Shown here in pieces: positions 1 to 8,764 of a stretch of 49,377 nt of DNA. A program made the translations under genes and the position numbers. This DNA is from Candidatus Bathyarchaeota archaeon (lineage in GTDB: Archaea; Thermoproteota; Bathyarchaeia; TCS64). Within the stretch, counting starts at the first letter, position 1. Every line of letters begins with the position of its first letter. The notes under the pieces were generated by a model. That model did not search any database and was not told the DNA's origin. It saw only the letters and a program-made list of their open reading frames with translations. The stretch lies in NCBI GenBank assembly GCA_043826455.1, contig JBDRQD010000073.1:1-49377 (forward strand), read 5' to 3'.

Positions 1-373
1 AATTTTCTTCCGACATTTTATATCCGTGAAGATATGCTCCTCGTCTTGGATCAGCTGATAACATGGTGTCTTTTATTGGGAGAGGGTTTTTGAACCAATA
101 TATATCATTAAAACTTAATATTGTATGAAAGTTATTACGTATGCAATATCTTTCTTCTTGGCGGGATAGCATCCATGGCTCTTCAATCTTTGAGATGTAG
201 CCACAACCTATTATTGAATCTCCGACGATCTCACCCTTTGCGAATAGAATTGGCGTCCCTATTATCCAGTTTCTTTTAATGCCTGTGTAATATCTCCTAA
301 TTTCTTTAATTTGGTTTAGCATCTCGATAGAGTTGACACGTACTAAGTATGCATAACCCCTTGAAAACGCCAT
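1..373 (-). CDS. Hypothetical protein, possibly EVE/ASCH (PUA-like) fold; 3' end runs off the window
   Basis: Not in ORF track. Manual translation from ATG at 373 is stop-free to position 1: MAFSRGYAYLVRVNSIEMLNQIKEIRRYYTGIKRNWIIGTPILFAKGEIVGDSIIGCGYISKIEEPW...LSFNDIYWFKNPLPIKD...; the fold call rests only on the ILF...IIGxGxI...FxxIxxFxxPxxI pattern. Confidence 0.6.
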   Translation of the reverse strand, partial: MAFSRGYAYLVRVNSIEMLNQIKEIRRYYTGIKRNWIIGTPILFAKGEIVGDSIIGCGYISKIEEPWMLSRQEERYCIRNNFHTILSFNDIYWFKNPLPIKDTMLSADPRRGAYLHGYKMSEEN

Positions 374-428
374 ATATTAAATTTTATTTTATATCATATA
401 TAAGTAAATCTAAAATACGTGGTTATTT

Positions 429-812
429 TTAAAGTTGTTCCAGTGTTTTTATGATGACCTTTTTGGTAGCTTGAGGATAATTTTTCATCAAGCTATCAAG
501 AACAGTTTTAATAAATTTCTCCTTAAACGTCATCTCATTATACGTGCATACATAAATTCTTGTACGACCTCCTTTGCCTGTAATTTCCGTGTAATTCATA
601 ATACCTTCATTTGCCATTGTGTTAAGGAAGTTGATGATGGACCCTCTGCTTACAGTCCTTTCTCCATTGAGGGTCTTATTGACATGTATCCATACATCAC
701 GGCTTCGTGAGCCCGCGTCGCCCCGTTCCCAGAGGTACTTTAAGGCAACTTCCTGGTAGTCTTTAAGGATCATTCTTAGCCCAGGTTTTGATGTATCCAA
801 GTATAACGGCAT
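429..812 (-). CDS. Winged-helix transcriptional regulator (BlaI/MecI-like, archaeal)
   Basis: ALKYLW...SRDVW...VSRGSIINFLNTMANEG...GKGG..RIY winged-helix pattern; clear paralog at 32501-32896. Confidence 0.75.
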   Translation of the reverse strand: MPLYLDTSKPGLRMILKDYQEVALKYLWERGDAGSRSRDVWIHVNKTLNGERTVSRGSIINFLNTMANEGIMNYTEITGKGGRTRIYVCTYNEMTFKEKFIKTVLDSLMKNYPQATKKVIIKTLEQL

Positions 813-1029
813 CCAAAGTCACTTAGTCTCGTAACTTTCTTCACCCTCATATCGGTATGTGTATCGAGATATGAAACTAACACGTTTTGGAATCCTATGT
901 AACGGTGACCCATGAATGTGATTAAAATTTGGGTTGCGTTTAGCTGGATCATGGTTCTGTGGGTTGTGTTTGGGTTGGGGACCATAATTTTATCCCCAAA
1001 CATGTGTTTCTTTTGACAGCGCCATTATT

Positions 1030-1362
1030 CTATTCTAGTTTCTCTAATCTTTCTAACCTGAATATTACCGGGCGCAGTCCATCACTACAGCACTTAATCA
1101 TCTCGTTCTTTTTGAGCCAAGGATAAAAAGTACCGCCCATGTGAAGGACAGACACGGTCTCTCGGATGTCTTGCCATGCGCCTGGGCAGAATCCCTCTGG
1201 TTTCTGGTAGTTGTGTGTGACGTAGTATTCTTGTCCTTCTTTATGGATGGGGCATCTTACGTGAGGTTCTCCGCTCTCTATGTTTATCGGGATATCATCT
1301 CCGTATAGTGTCTCGGGTTCAACCACCTTCATAATTGATATCTTGACCTTGTAGCGCGTCAT
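1030..1362 (-). CDS. TIGR04076 family protein
   Basis: CPIHKEGQ...KPEGFCPGAW...CCSDGLRPVIFRLER signature. Confidence 0.85.
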   Translation of the reverse strand: MTRYKVKISIMKVVEPETLYGDDIPINIESGEPHVRCPIHKEGQEYYVTHNYQKPEGFCPGAWQDIRETVSVLHMGGTFYPWLKKNEMIKCCSDGLRPVIFRLERLEKLE

Positions 1363-1466
1363 TGTATAACGTTCTCTCTATTGGCAGATAATAAGTTTCA
1401 GACTGTATGCGCGCTGTCTTGTCTCTAAGTCTATGATAAACTTGTGGGCAGCGCGTACGATGTGCA

Positions 1467-1673
1467 CTACACTGTTTTCCTCTCCACTCTCAACCTGGCT
1501 GAGCTAACCCCCGCAAGCGGCGGCAGGATATGGGAAAGCAGCTGCTCAGCGGTCATGGATCGGACTACGCCGTTCCTGCCCGTCTGCGTCCACCCACTCT
1601 TCTCCCTCTGGTACGTCTGCAGTATGTCTCCCCTGCTGTTCATTATATAGATAACACACTCATCGTTTCTCAT
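1467..1673 (-). CDS. Small hypothetical protein
   Basis: 68 aa ORF with GGAGG upstream of ATG; co-oriented with neighbours. Confidence 0.55.
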   Translation of the reverse strand: MRNDECVIYIMNSRGDILQTYQREKSGWTQTGRNGVVRSMTAEQLLSHILPPLAGVSSARLRVERKTV

Positions 1674-1719
1674 CTCAGCGCCTCCATCATCAACTAGGCG
1701 GACACATGGAACTTAATTG

Positions 1720-2094
1720 TTATTTCCGCGCTCGCATGAAGTCTTCCACAGATAATAGTTTGAGGAACGCACATATCAGAGAAGGAAGGTAAGCCTCCAC
1801 TTCATCATACCCAATGAAATCGACTGAGATCAGTGAATATCTCTCACCGCCCTGCCTGATGACCCCGCCGGCTGCCCGCAGGTTCCTCACCCAGTCCACG
1901 TCTCTGCCGTAGGTCAAGGCCAGCACGAACCCGTCTTCAGAGGCGAAGGCCAGCACGGGGGTTCGGTACATGCGGCCGGACCGTCTCCCGGTGTGGGTTA
2001 TCTCCGCGAAGGGCGGGAGCCAACCAGCGAACGGGAGGATGATGCGGTTGGTCACGTACTTGTTGAAGACGGCGACCTTCTTGGGTATGGGCAT
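1720..2094 (-). CDS. Deazaflavin (F420)-dependent nitroreductase family protein (DDN-like)
   Basis: HTGRRSGRMYRTPV...LTYGRDVDWVRNLRAAGG motif; start placed at ATG 2094 (MPIPKKV). Confidence 0.85.
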   Translation of the reverse strand: MPIPKKVAVFNKYVTNRIILPFAGWLPPFAEITHTGRRSGRMYRTPVLAFASEDGFVLALTYGRDVDWVRNLRAAGGVIRQGGERYSLISVDFIGYDEVEAYLPSLICAFLKLLSVEDFMRARK

Positions 2095-2186
2095 CTCGCT
2101 GGAGACATGTTGAGCGTGGGCTAGATTACGTTTTTCGTTCAGCGCCAAGCTTACAACCTGCAGGCACCTAGTATTCCCTGATACGC

Positions 2187-3308
2187 ATGGTCAAGGTTGA
2201 CGAGTTCCTGGTGGAGCGTTGGATGAACAAGTACGAGCACGACGTGGAGATCAACATGGCGGAGACCTGCGTCCAGCCCTTCACCCTCCGAGAATTCCTA
2301 AGCTTCGTGGACAGACCCGACTTCCTTGAGGAGATCATGGACACCCAGCTCACCTACGGCTGGATAGAGGGAAGCCCGGGGCTCAGGGAGGGCATAGCGG
2401 GGCTCTACAGGGATGTGGACCCGGGGAACGTCCTCGTCACCGGCGGAGCCATAGAGGCCAACTTCAACAGCTTCTACAGCCTCGTCGAGCCAGGCGACAC
2501 CGTCATCTGCGTGCACCCTGCCTACCAGCAGCTCTACAGCGTCCCCAAATGCTTCGGGGCCAAGGTGAAGTACCTTCGATTGACGCCGGAGAACCGGTGG
2601 CTGCCGGACCTGGAGGAGCTGAAGGAGCTGGTGGACCCCAAGACCAGGATGATAGTCATCAACAACCCCCACAACCCCTGCGGCAGCCTCATAGATACGC
2701 CCACCCTCAGAGCCATATGCGATGTGGCCGAGGACGCTGGCGCCTACCTCCACAGCGACGAGGCGTACAGGGGCCTCCACCTCAAGGAGGGTGTCACGGT
2801 GCCCAGCGCCATCGATCTCTACGATAAGGCGGTGGTCACAGGCAGCTTCAGCAAACCCATCAGCCTCACAGGTCTGCGGCTGGGCTGGATAGCATCAAAC
2901 ACTGAGGCCATCCAGGAGTGTATGCGCCACCGCGACTACACCACCATAAGCAAGGGCATGATAGACGACGCCCTGGCCGCCCTCGCCATCAGGAACATCG
3001 ACAAGATACTGAGGCGGAACAACGGGATAATCCGGGAGAACCACAGGTTCATAGACAGGTGGCTCAGGGACGAGCCCCTGCTAGAGTGGGTGCCCCCCAC
3101 AGCTGGAAGCGTGGGCTTCATGAAGCACCACCTGAACGTGTCAGCCGAGGAGCTTTGCAGGAGCCTCATCGAGGAGAAGAGCACCTTCATGGTGCCCGGG
3201 GACTGCTTCGGGTTCCCCGACCACGTTCGCATCGGCTTCGGCAACAGGCTCTCGACCCTTCGTGAAGGCTTCAAGCGGGTCAAGGAGCACCTGGACGCGG
3301 TGAGGTGA
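2187..3308 (+). CDS. PLP-dependent aminotransferase class I/II
   Basis: NNPHNPCG, DEAY and SFSKPISLTGLRLGW motifs. Confidence 0.92.
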   Translation: MVKVDEFLVERWMNKYEHDVEINMAETCVQPFTLREFLSFVDRPDFLEEIMDTQLTYGWIEGSPGLREGIAGLYRDVDPGNVLVTGGAIEANFNSFYSLVEPGDTVICVHPAYQQLYSVPKCFGAKVKYLRLTPENRWLPDLEELKELVDPKTRMIVINNPHNPCGSLIDTPTLRAICDVAEDAGAYLHSDEAYRGLHLKEGVTVPSAIDLYDKAVVTGSFSKPISLTGLRLGWIASNTEAIQECMRHRDYTTISKGMIDDALAALAIRNIDKILRRNNGIIRENHRFIDRWLRDEPLLEWVPPTAGSVGFMKHHLNVSAEELCRSLIEEKSTFMVPGDCFGFPDHVRIGFGNRLSTLREGFKRVKEHLDAVR

Positions 3309-3309
3309 G

Positions 3310-3795
3310 TTGAGGCCCAGGGTCGTGGCCAGCAGGTGCCTGGGCTTCGAGGCCTGCAGGTACAACAGGGAGAAAGTGGACAGCCCCGAGGTGGACGAAC
3401 TGCGAGGCCATGTGGAGTTTATCACTGTGTGCCCTGAGGTTGACGCCGGCCTGGGGGTGCCACGTAATCCCATCAACCTTCAGAAACATGGAGACCAGCT
3501 TCGAGTGATCCAAGTGGGCACGGAACTCGACTTGACTGAGGAACTGGTCAATCACATTAATGAAACCCTGATCGGCCTCAGGGATGTAGACGCCTTCATC
3601 CTCAAGGCGCGGTCTCCGAGCTGCGGCCTGGGGTCAACCCCAGTGTGGGACCAGAAAGGTGAGAACGTTGTGGGGCAGGGCTCAGGGGTGTTCGCCTGTG
3701 AAGCCCAGAGACGGTTCCCCGGCTCAATTTTCCTGGACGAGGAGGAGCTGTCAAGGATAGGCGTCGAGGGGCTCCTCAGGTTTCTTGAGGCTTGA
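3310..3795 (+). CDS. DUF523 / thiouracil desulfidase (TudS-like) Fe-S protein
   Basis: SRCLG..CRY, VCPEVDAGLGVPR and ILKARSPSCG motifs. Confidence 0.85.
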   Translation: MRPRVVASRCLGFEACRYNREKVDSPEVDELRGHVEFITVCPEVDAGLGVPRNPINLQKHGDQLRVIQVGTELDLTEELVNHINETLIGLRDVDAFILKARSPSCGLGSTPVWDQKGENVVGQGSGVFACEAQRRFPGSIFLDEEELSRIGVEGLLRFLEA

Positions 3796-4564
3796 GGGCA
3801 TCCTGCACCTCGGCTCTGAAGGCCTCTTTGTCGCTTATAGAGGACTTTATGGGCTTGGCGTTGACCAGCAGGTAGCTGACGCCCCTCCTGGCAGCGTCCA
3901 TGGGCCTCTCCCACATGTCCACGAAGGTCAGGGGCAGGTCGGGGGCAGCCTCCCCCAGGGCCTCCTCGATGCGGAGGGCGAAGAGGTAGCTGTACTCGCA
4001 GTTGCGGTTGTAGAACACTATGGCCCTACCCTTGTCCTCCTCTCTGGGCTCGTAGCTCACCCTTGTCTTGGCCTCGTACTCGCCGTGGATAGGGAAGTAG
4101 AGCTCCCCTTCCCCCCTCTTGAAGCTGTTGGAGATGTAGAAGTCCTCCATGCCCACCCCCTCCCCAGTGTTGAAGGCCTCGGCCACCATGAACCTGCACT
4201 CCCCCTCCATACACACGAGGCCCTTCGCGGCCTCAGCGATCAGGTGACTCAACAATGCTTTTCCGACGCCTTTCCCCCTGGCCTCGGGGGACGAGTTGTA
4301 TATGCACTCCACCCTGAGTACGCCTTTCCTGGGGTGAGGCTCATAGGGGAGCGCCTCCTCCGGGTAGTACATGACGTAGGCCGCGGGCTCGCCATCCAGG
4401 TAGGCTATCATGGAGACCGGGCCGTGGTCCCTGAGCATCGTCTTCAACCACTGCTGCTTGATGGCTATGCCCTTCCTCTGCCTGGGGTCGTCCAGCTTGT
4501 TCCTGGAGCAGACCCTGAAGGTGTCCTCCAAGTTCTCCTCCGTTACCTCCCGCACCGTGATCAA
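3776..4564 (-). CDS. GNAT acetyltransferase with C-terminal thioredoxin-like (YoaP-like) domain
   Basis: RGKGVGKALL acetyl-CoA motif; C-terminal IVFYNRNCEY segment. Confidence 0.75.
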   Translation of the reverse strand: MITVREVTEENLEDTFRVCSRNKLDDPRQRKGIAIKQQWLKTMLRDHGPVSMIAYLDGEPAAYVMYYPEEALPYEPHPRKGVLRVECIYNSSPEARGKGVGKALLSHLIAEAAKGLVCMEGECRFMVAEAFNTGEGVGMEDFYISNSFKRGEGELYFPIHGEYEAKTRVSYEPREEDKGRAIVFYNRNCEYSYLFALRIEEALGEAAPDLPLTFVDMWERPMDAARRGVSYLLVNAKPIKSSISDKEAFRAEVQDALKPQET

Positions 4565-4635
4565 GGCCGTTCAATGAACGTGACCACTGGACCCGTTATG
4601 TGTCTTTTGATAATGTTTAACCGTGGCTCAGCGTA

Positions 4636-5250
4636 TTGGTTGGAGACCTGGTGAAAGCTTTGGACATATGGCTGTGGATGAACCAGACGGTTACCACCTA
4701 CGGTTACGCCGGAGCCTTCACGATAAGCATCTTCGGCAACTTCACCGTCTTCTTCCCGGTGCCCTACGTCCTGACCATCTACGCTTTCGGCGCCACCCTG
4801 AACCCTATAATCCTGGGCCTGGTGTGCGGAGCCGGCTCCACGGTGGGCGAGTTCTCCGCCTACCTCATAGGCCGGGGAGGAAGGAGGGTGATAGACGAGA
4901 GGTATGGTGAGCGCCTGGAGACGGCTAAGCTGCTGGTTCAGAGGTACGGGATGGCCATAATATTCCTGTTCGCGGTCCTGCCTCTCCCAGATGACCTCAT
5001 ACTCATCCCCCTGGGGATGCTCAGGTACAGCCTCAAGAAGGCCATGACGGCCATGTTCGTGGGCAAAACCATCATGTGCACGGCCGTGGCCTACGCGGGC
5101 AGGTACAGCTACAGCTTCATCAAGGACGTGTTCGCGTCCAGTGGCTTCCTCGGCGGATTGGCCTCCACGGTGCTCCTGGCGTTGATCGTGGTTGCCCTGC
5201 TGAAGGTGGACTGGACCAAGTACCTTGACGCTAGGACGCCGAGTTCGTGA
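4636..5250 (+). CDS. VTT/DedA (SNARE-associated) membrane protein
   Basis: FFPVPY, GSTVGEFSAYLIGR and PLPDDLILIPLG motifs; hydrophobic. Confidence 0.85.
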   Translation: MVGDLVKALDIWLWMNQTVTTYGYAGAFTISIFGNFTVFFPVPYVLTIYAFGATLNPIILGLVCGAGSTVGEFSAYLIGRGGRRVIDERYGERLETAKLLVQRYGMAIIFLFAVLPLPDDLILIPLGMLRYSLKKAMTAMFVGKTIMCTAVAYAGRYSYSFIKDVFASSGFLGGLASTVLLALIVVALLKVDWTKYLDARTPSS

Positions 5251-6055
5251 TGAGCAGATCGTAGCCTGAGCCCCTGCTGCTAACCTTGCTGCTGATCATC
5301 CTGTTTGTGCAGAGGCTCATCAGGGTGAAGCCCGTGTCCGCGTAGAGCCCCCTGATGAGCTCCGTGTCTGAGTTGCTCTGAACCAGGTGGACCCCCATGC
5401 CGTCCAGCTCCACGCAAAGGTCCCTGAGACGGGTCTGGTCCTCCTCGCCGAACCCACCCGCGGAGTAGTCCACGAAGTGAGCCGTTTTACTGGCCGGCTG
5501 GTAGGGCGGGTCCAGGTAGCAGACGTCCCCGGGACTGGCACAGTCCTTCAGGTACGTGAAGTCGCCGCAGCGCAGATCGATGCCCCTGAGTATCCTGCTG
5601 GCTCTCCTAATCATCCTGGGGTGGACGATGGTGGGGTCAACGTACCTGCCGAAGGGGACGTTGAACTCGCCCCTGGAGTTCACCCTGTAGAGGCCGTTGT
5701 AGCCAGTCTTGTTGAGGTAGAGGAAGAGGGCCGCGTCCAGGACGGGGTCAGAGGGCCGCTGGTTGAACCTATCCCGGAGCCGATAGTAGACTTCCTCGTC
5801 GTACACGTACTCCTTGGCGGCCTCAACGAGCTCGTCGGGGCTGTCCCGCACAATCCGGTAAAAGTTCATGAGCCTGGCGTTCACGTCGTTGATGGAGCCC
5901 GCCTCCGGCTCAAGCCTGAAGAAGACGGCTCCGCCGCCGAAGAAGGGCTCGTGGAACGCCCGGCTCCCGTGGTCCTCCGGGAAGAGGCCCAGTATCCTCT
6001 CCACAAGGCTCCGCTTTCCGCCGGCCCACTTGAGGAGAGGACGCACGGACTTCAC
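5231..6055 (-). CDS. dam: Dam/DpnM-family DNA adenine methyltransferase (orphan)
   Basis: KWAGGK, EPFFGGGAV, YNGLYRVN..G.FNVPFG and DPPY motifs. Confidence 0.9.
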   Translation of the reverse strand: MKSVRPLLKWAGGKRSLVERILGLFPEDHGSRAFHEPFFGGGAVFFRLEPEAGSINDVNARLMNFYRIVRDSPDELVEAAKEYVYDEEVYYRLRDRFNQRPSDPVLDAALFLYLNKTGYNGLYRVNSRGEFNVPFGRYVDPTIVHPRMIRRASRILRGIDLRCGDFTYLKDCASPGDVCYLDPPYQPASKTAHFVDYSAGGFGEEDQTRLRDLCVELDGMGVHLVQSNSDTELIRGLYADTGFTLMSLCTNRMISSKVSSRGSGYDLLITNSAS

Positions 6056-7138
6056 CTAGAGAGCCGTGAAGCTCTCCACGGTCTTCCAGTCCAGCCGCTT
6101 CAGCAGCTCCATCACCAGCCGGACCGCGTTCTCCGCGTCCTTCAGGCTCAGCATGCCCACGTGGCTGTGGATGTGCCTGGTGGGAACCGTGATGACCACG
6201 CTGGGGCAGCCGCCCCTGTCCACGTGGATGCGGCCCGCGTCCGTGCCCCCGCCGCTCACCTGGCTCAACTGAAGGGGTATCTGGGCCTGCCTGGCGGTCT
6301 CTATGACGAACTCCTTGAAGGGCTGGTTGGGGATCATGCTCCTGTCGTAGGTTATGAGGCCCGGCCCCTTACCCATCTTGGTCTGGGCCTCATGGGGTTT
6401 GATGCCCGGCACGTCCCCGGCGATGTCCACCTCCAGGACGATGCTCACGTCGGGCTCAACTATGTGGGCTATGGTCTGGGCGCCGCGGAGCCCCACTTCC
6501 TCTTGGACGGTGGCGGCTCCGACGATGGTATTGGGGTGGGGTATCCCCTGCTCCTTGATACGCTTCATGGCCTCCATGAAGACGAAGGCGCCGATCCTGT
6601 CGTCGAAGGCCTTGGCCATGGCCACCTTACCGTCCTGAATCAGGCTGAAGGGGCTCCAGGGCACCACGGGGTCGCCCACCCTGATGCCCGCCTCCTCCAC
6701 CTCGGCCTTGCCGCAGGCGCCTACGTCTATGAACATGTTCTTCTTCTCCACCACCTTGCTCCTCTCCTCCTGGGGCAGGATGTGGGGCGGCTTGGAGGCT
6801 ATCACTCCGTGGACGTCGCCCTTGCGGCCCCTCACCACCACCCTCTGGGCCAGGAGCACCTGGTCCCACCAGCCCCCCAGCTGGTTGAAGGTGAGGTACC
6901 CCTCCTCGGATATGGAGGATACTATGAAGCCCACCTCGTCGGTGTGGCCGGCCAGGAGCACCGTGGGGCCGTCGCCCTCTAGCTTGAAGGCGACTGAGCC
7001 CAGCTTGTCCGTCAGCACCTCGTCGGCCACGTCCGCCATGTGCTTCTTGACGACGCCGTTGACCTCCCTCTCGAAGCCCGAGGGGCCGAAGGCCTCCATG
7101 AGCTCCTTCATGATCTCTAATGATTTCTCGTCGAACAT
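6056..7138 (-). CDS. M42 family (TET) aminopeptidase
   Basis: GPSGFE, AGHTDEVG, KAFDDRIG, QEEVGLRGA, GGTDAG and RHIHS motifs. Confidence 0.95.
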   Translation of the reverse strand: MFDEKSLEIMKELMEAFGPSGFEREVNGVVKKHMADVADEVLTDKLGSVAFKLEGDGPTVLLAGHTDEVGFIVSSISEEGYLTFNQLGGWWDQVLLAQRVVVRGRKGDVHGVIASKPPHILPQEERSKVVEKKNMFIDVGACGKAEVEEAGIRVGDPVVPWSPFSLIQDGKVAMAKAFDDRIGAFVFMEAMKRIKEQGIPHPNTIVGAATVQEEVGLRGAQTIAHIVEPDVSIVLEVDIAGDVPGIKPHEAQTKMGKGPGLITYDRSMIPNQPFKEFVIETARQAQIPLQLSQVSGGGTDAGRIHVDRGGCPSVVITVPTRHIHSHVGMLSLKDAENAVRLVMELLKRLDWKTVESFTAL

Positions 7139-7531
7139 AACCGTCGCAGTATATTACCTCTCAGGTGTTTTAGCGTTATCCTCACTGCCCGAAAACCACG
7201 GCCCCAAGGCTTTAATTACATGTGACCTGTCCGGGGGCGGCGTGGACACGTTTTTTAGTCGTCCGTTTAAACCCTCGGCACATCTGCGGTGATCCTCGGT
7301 GCAAGTTTCACTGGTTTAAACAATCCGTTGAGAGGCTAAGAGCCATGCAGACGAGGAACCCAAGATATTGATGAATCCAGATAAAGTGAACCCCTACGTA
7401 GGTTACTTTATTTACGTTTACGCAGCCTGCATCTAAGCTGCGAGGTTTTATATGTCTGTCATTTATAAAATGTTGATAATCGGAGCGTGGCAGTGAGCAT
7501 CCGTCGTCCCTCGTTGCCGTTGGGGCGTCCC

Positions 7532-7583
7532 GCTCCGGTAGCCCATATTTTCTTCACGGGAAGCCTTACTGTTCCTCAGGAGC
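7532..7583 (-). ncRNA. Candidate degenerate box C/D-like sRNA
   Basis: GCUCC-UGAGGA-ACAGUAAGGCUUCCC-GUGAAGA-AAAUAUGGGCUAC-CGGA-GC; TATA-like TTTTAATA upstream on the minus strand (~7627-7634); boxes non-canonical. Confidence 0.35.
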
Positions 7584-7734
7584 CCAGCGCCCACTAGCCA
7601 GCTCTAATGTTACCCCCCAGTAAACATATTAAAAAAACTATTCTAACAACAGATGAGAATAACTCAATTACATTAATAATCCCAGAAAATACAGTAAATA
7701 CTATACCAAAATCGTAGACCGCTATTACACTAAA

Positions 7735-8739
7735 CTAGGTGACTCCGGGCTCCAGCAGCGTTAACGCCTTTTTTCCCGCATCCACCTCGGCCTCAACCCC
7801 AACGGGCAGAGTCATGATAGGGTTAGTGTGACCGAAATCCATCCCAGCCACCACCGGGACATCCCTGTCCCCGAGAACCATCATGGCCAGCTCAGGCAGC
7901 CCCAAGCCAAGGGTGAGCCCCGCGGCCTCCGGCGTCCTACCCAGAAGAACGCCGCGGACCTCGTCGAAGACCCCCAGTTGCTCCAGGTGTCTAAGGCCCC
8001 GTAAGACCCTGAGACTCGGGCCCCCAGCCTCATCTACCTCAAGGAACAGTAGACTGCCCTCGAAGTCTGGCCAGTACTCTGTTCCGCTCAACGTGAGCAG
8101 GGACTCCGGGTGGCCCCCCCTGAGGATACCCCTGGCAACGCCGGCCCTCATTGTTCTCCAACCCGGGTTACCCTTCTCAACAACATCCTCCTCGGGGTGC
8201 ATGTAGTAGAAGGGGTCGTCAACGTAGGTAGGGGAAGGTTGGAGCCGGACCGGGGTCTCACCCACCATCACCACCTTCCTGAAGCACTCCACCTCCCAAG
8301 GCATGAGGAACTCGTGAGTGAAGGTGACGAAGGCGGGGCCCTGGAAGTTGACGAGGCCGGCCGAGCCTAGGAGGAAGCTGTTCAGCACCGTCACGTCGCT
8401 GTACCCTATAAAGGGCTTAGGGCTCTCCCTGATGGCGTCGAGATCGAGGTGGGGCAGCAGGTCGTTGCTGTTCCATCCACCCCAGGCGCACATGACGGCG
8501 TCCACCGCGGGGTCAGTGAAGGCCTCGGTTAGAGCTTCAGCCCTTTCCTCAGGCGTACCGGCCAAGCCCATGTGGTCGCGGGTGGCCTGTGGGCAAATCT
8601 CCACCTTGAGGCCAAGTGTTTCAAGGTTACGTATCCCCCGGGCCACGGCGGCATCAGAAAGACCCCTCATGGAGCTGGCCGGGGCGACGACCCTCACCTT
8701 TCCTCCGGGCCTCAGCTTCGGGGGTTTCACCCTGTCCAT
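7735..8739 (-). CDS. S66 family LD-carboxypeptidase / MccF-like
   Basis: VVAPAS, GYSD, LFLE and DFGH (Ser-Glu-His triad). Confidence 0.92.
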   Translation of the reverse strand: MDRVKPPKLRPGGKVRVVAPASSMRGLSDAAVARGIRNLETLGLKVEICPQATRDHMGLAGTPEERAEALTEAFTDPAVDAVMCAWGGWNSNDLLPHLDLDAIRESPKPFIGYSDVTVLNSFLLGSAGLVNFQGPAFVTFTHEFLMPWEVECFRKVVMVGETPVRLQPSPTYVDDPFYYMHPEEDVVEKGNPGWRTMRAGVARGILRGGHPESLLTLSGTEYWPDFEGSLLFLEVDEAGGPSLRVLRGLRHLEQLGVFDEVRGVLLGRTPEAAGLTLGLGLPELAMMVLGDRDVPVVAGMDFGHTNPIMTLPVGVEAEVDAGKKALTLLEPGVT

Positions 8740-8764
8740 GGAACCTTGAATGGCTCAGAATCCT

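Noticed and set aside
3785..4654. 289-aa + strand ORF
   Set aside because: Antisense shadow of the GNAT gene
5387..6982. 531-aa + strand ORF
   Set aside because: Antisense shadow of the Dam and M42 genes caused by GC-rich codon bias; no recognisable motifs
7326..7374. Possible + strand C/D sRNA (TTGAGA…CAGA CGAGGA…TTGA)
   Set aside because: All boxes degenerate, no terminal stem and no convincing target
7139..7734. RNase P RNA, SRP RNA, tRNA or replication origin in the long intergenic gap
   Set aside because: No RNase P or SRP consensus, no cloverleaf, only a weak single ORB-like GTTTCACTGG and no cdc6/orc1 nearby
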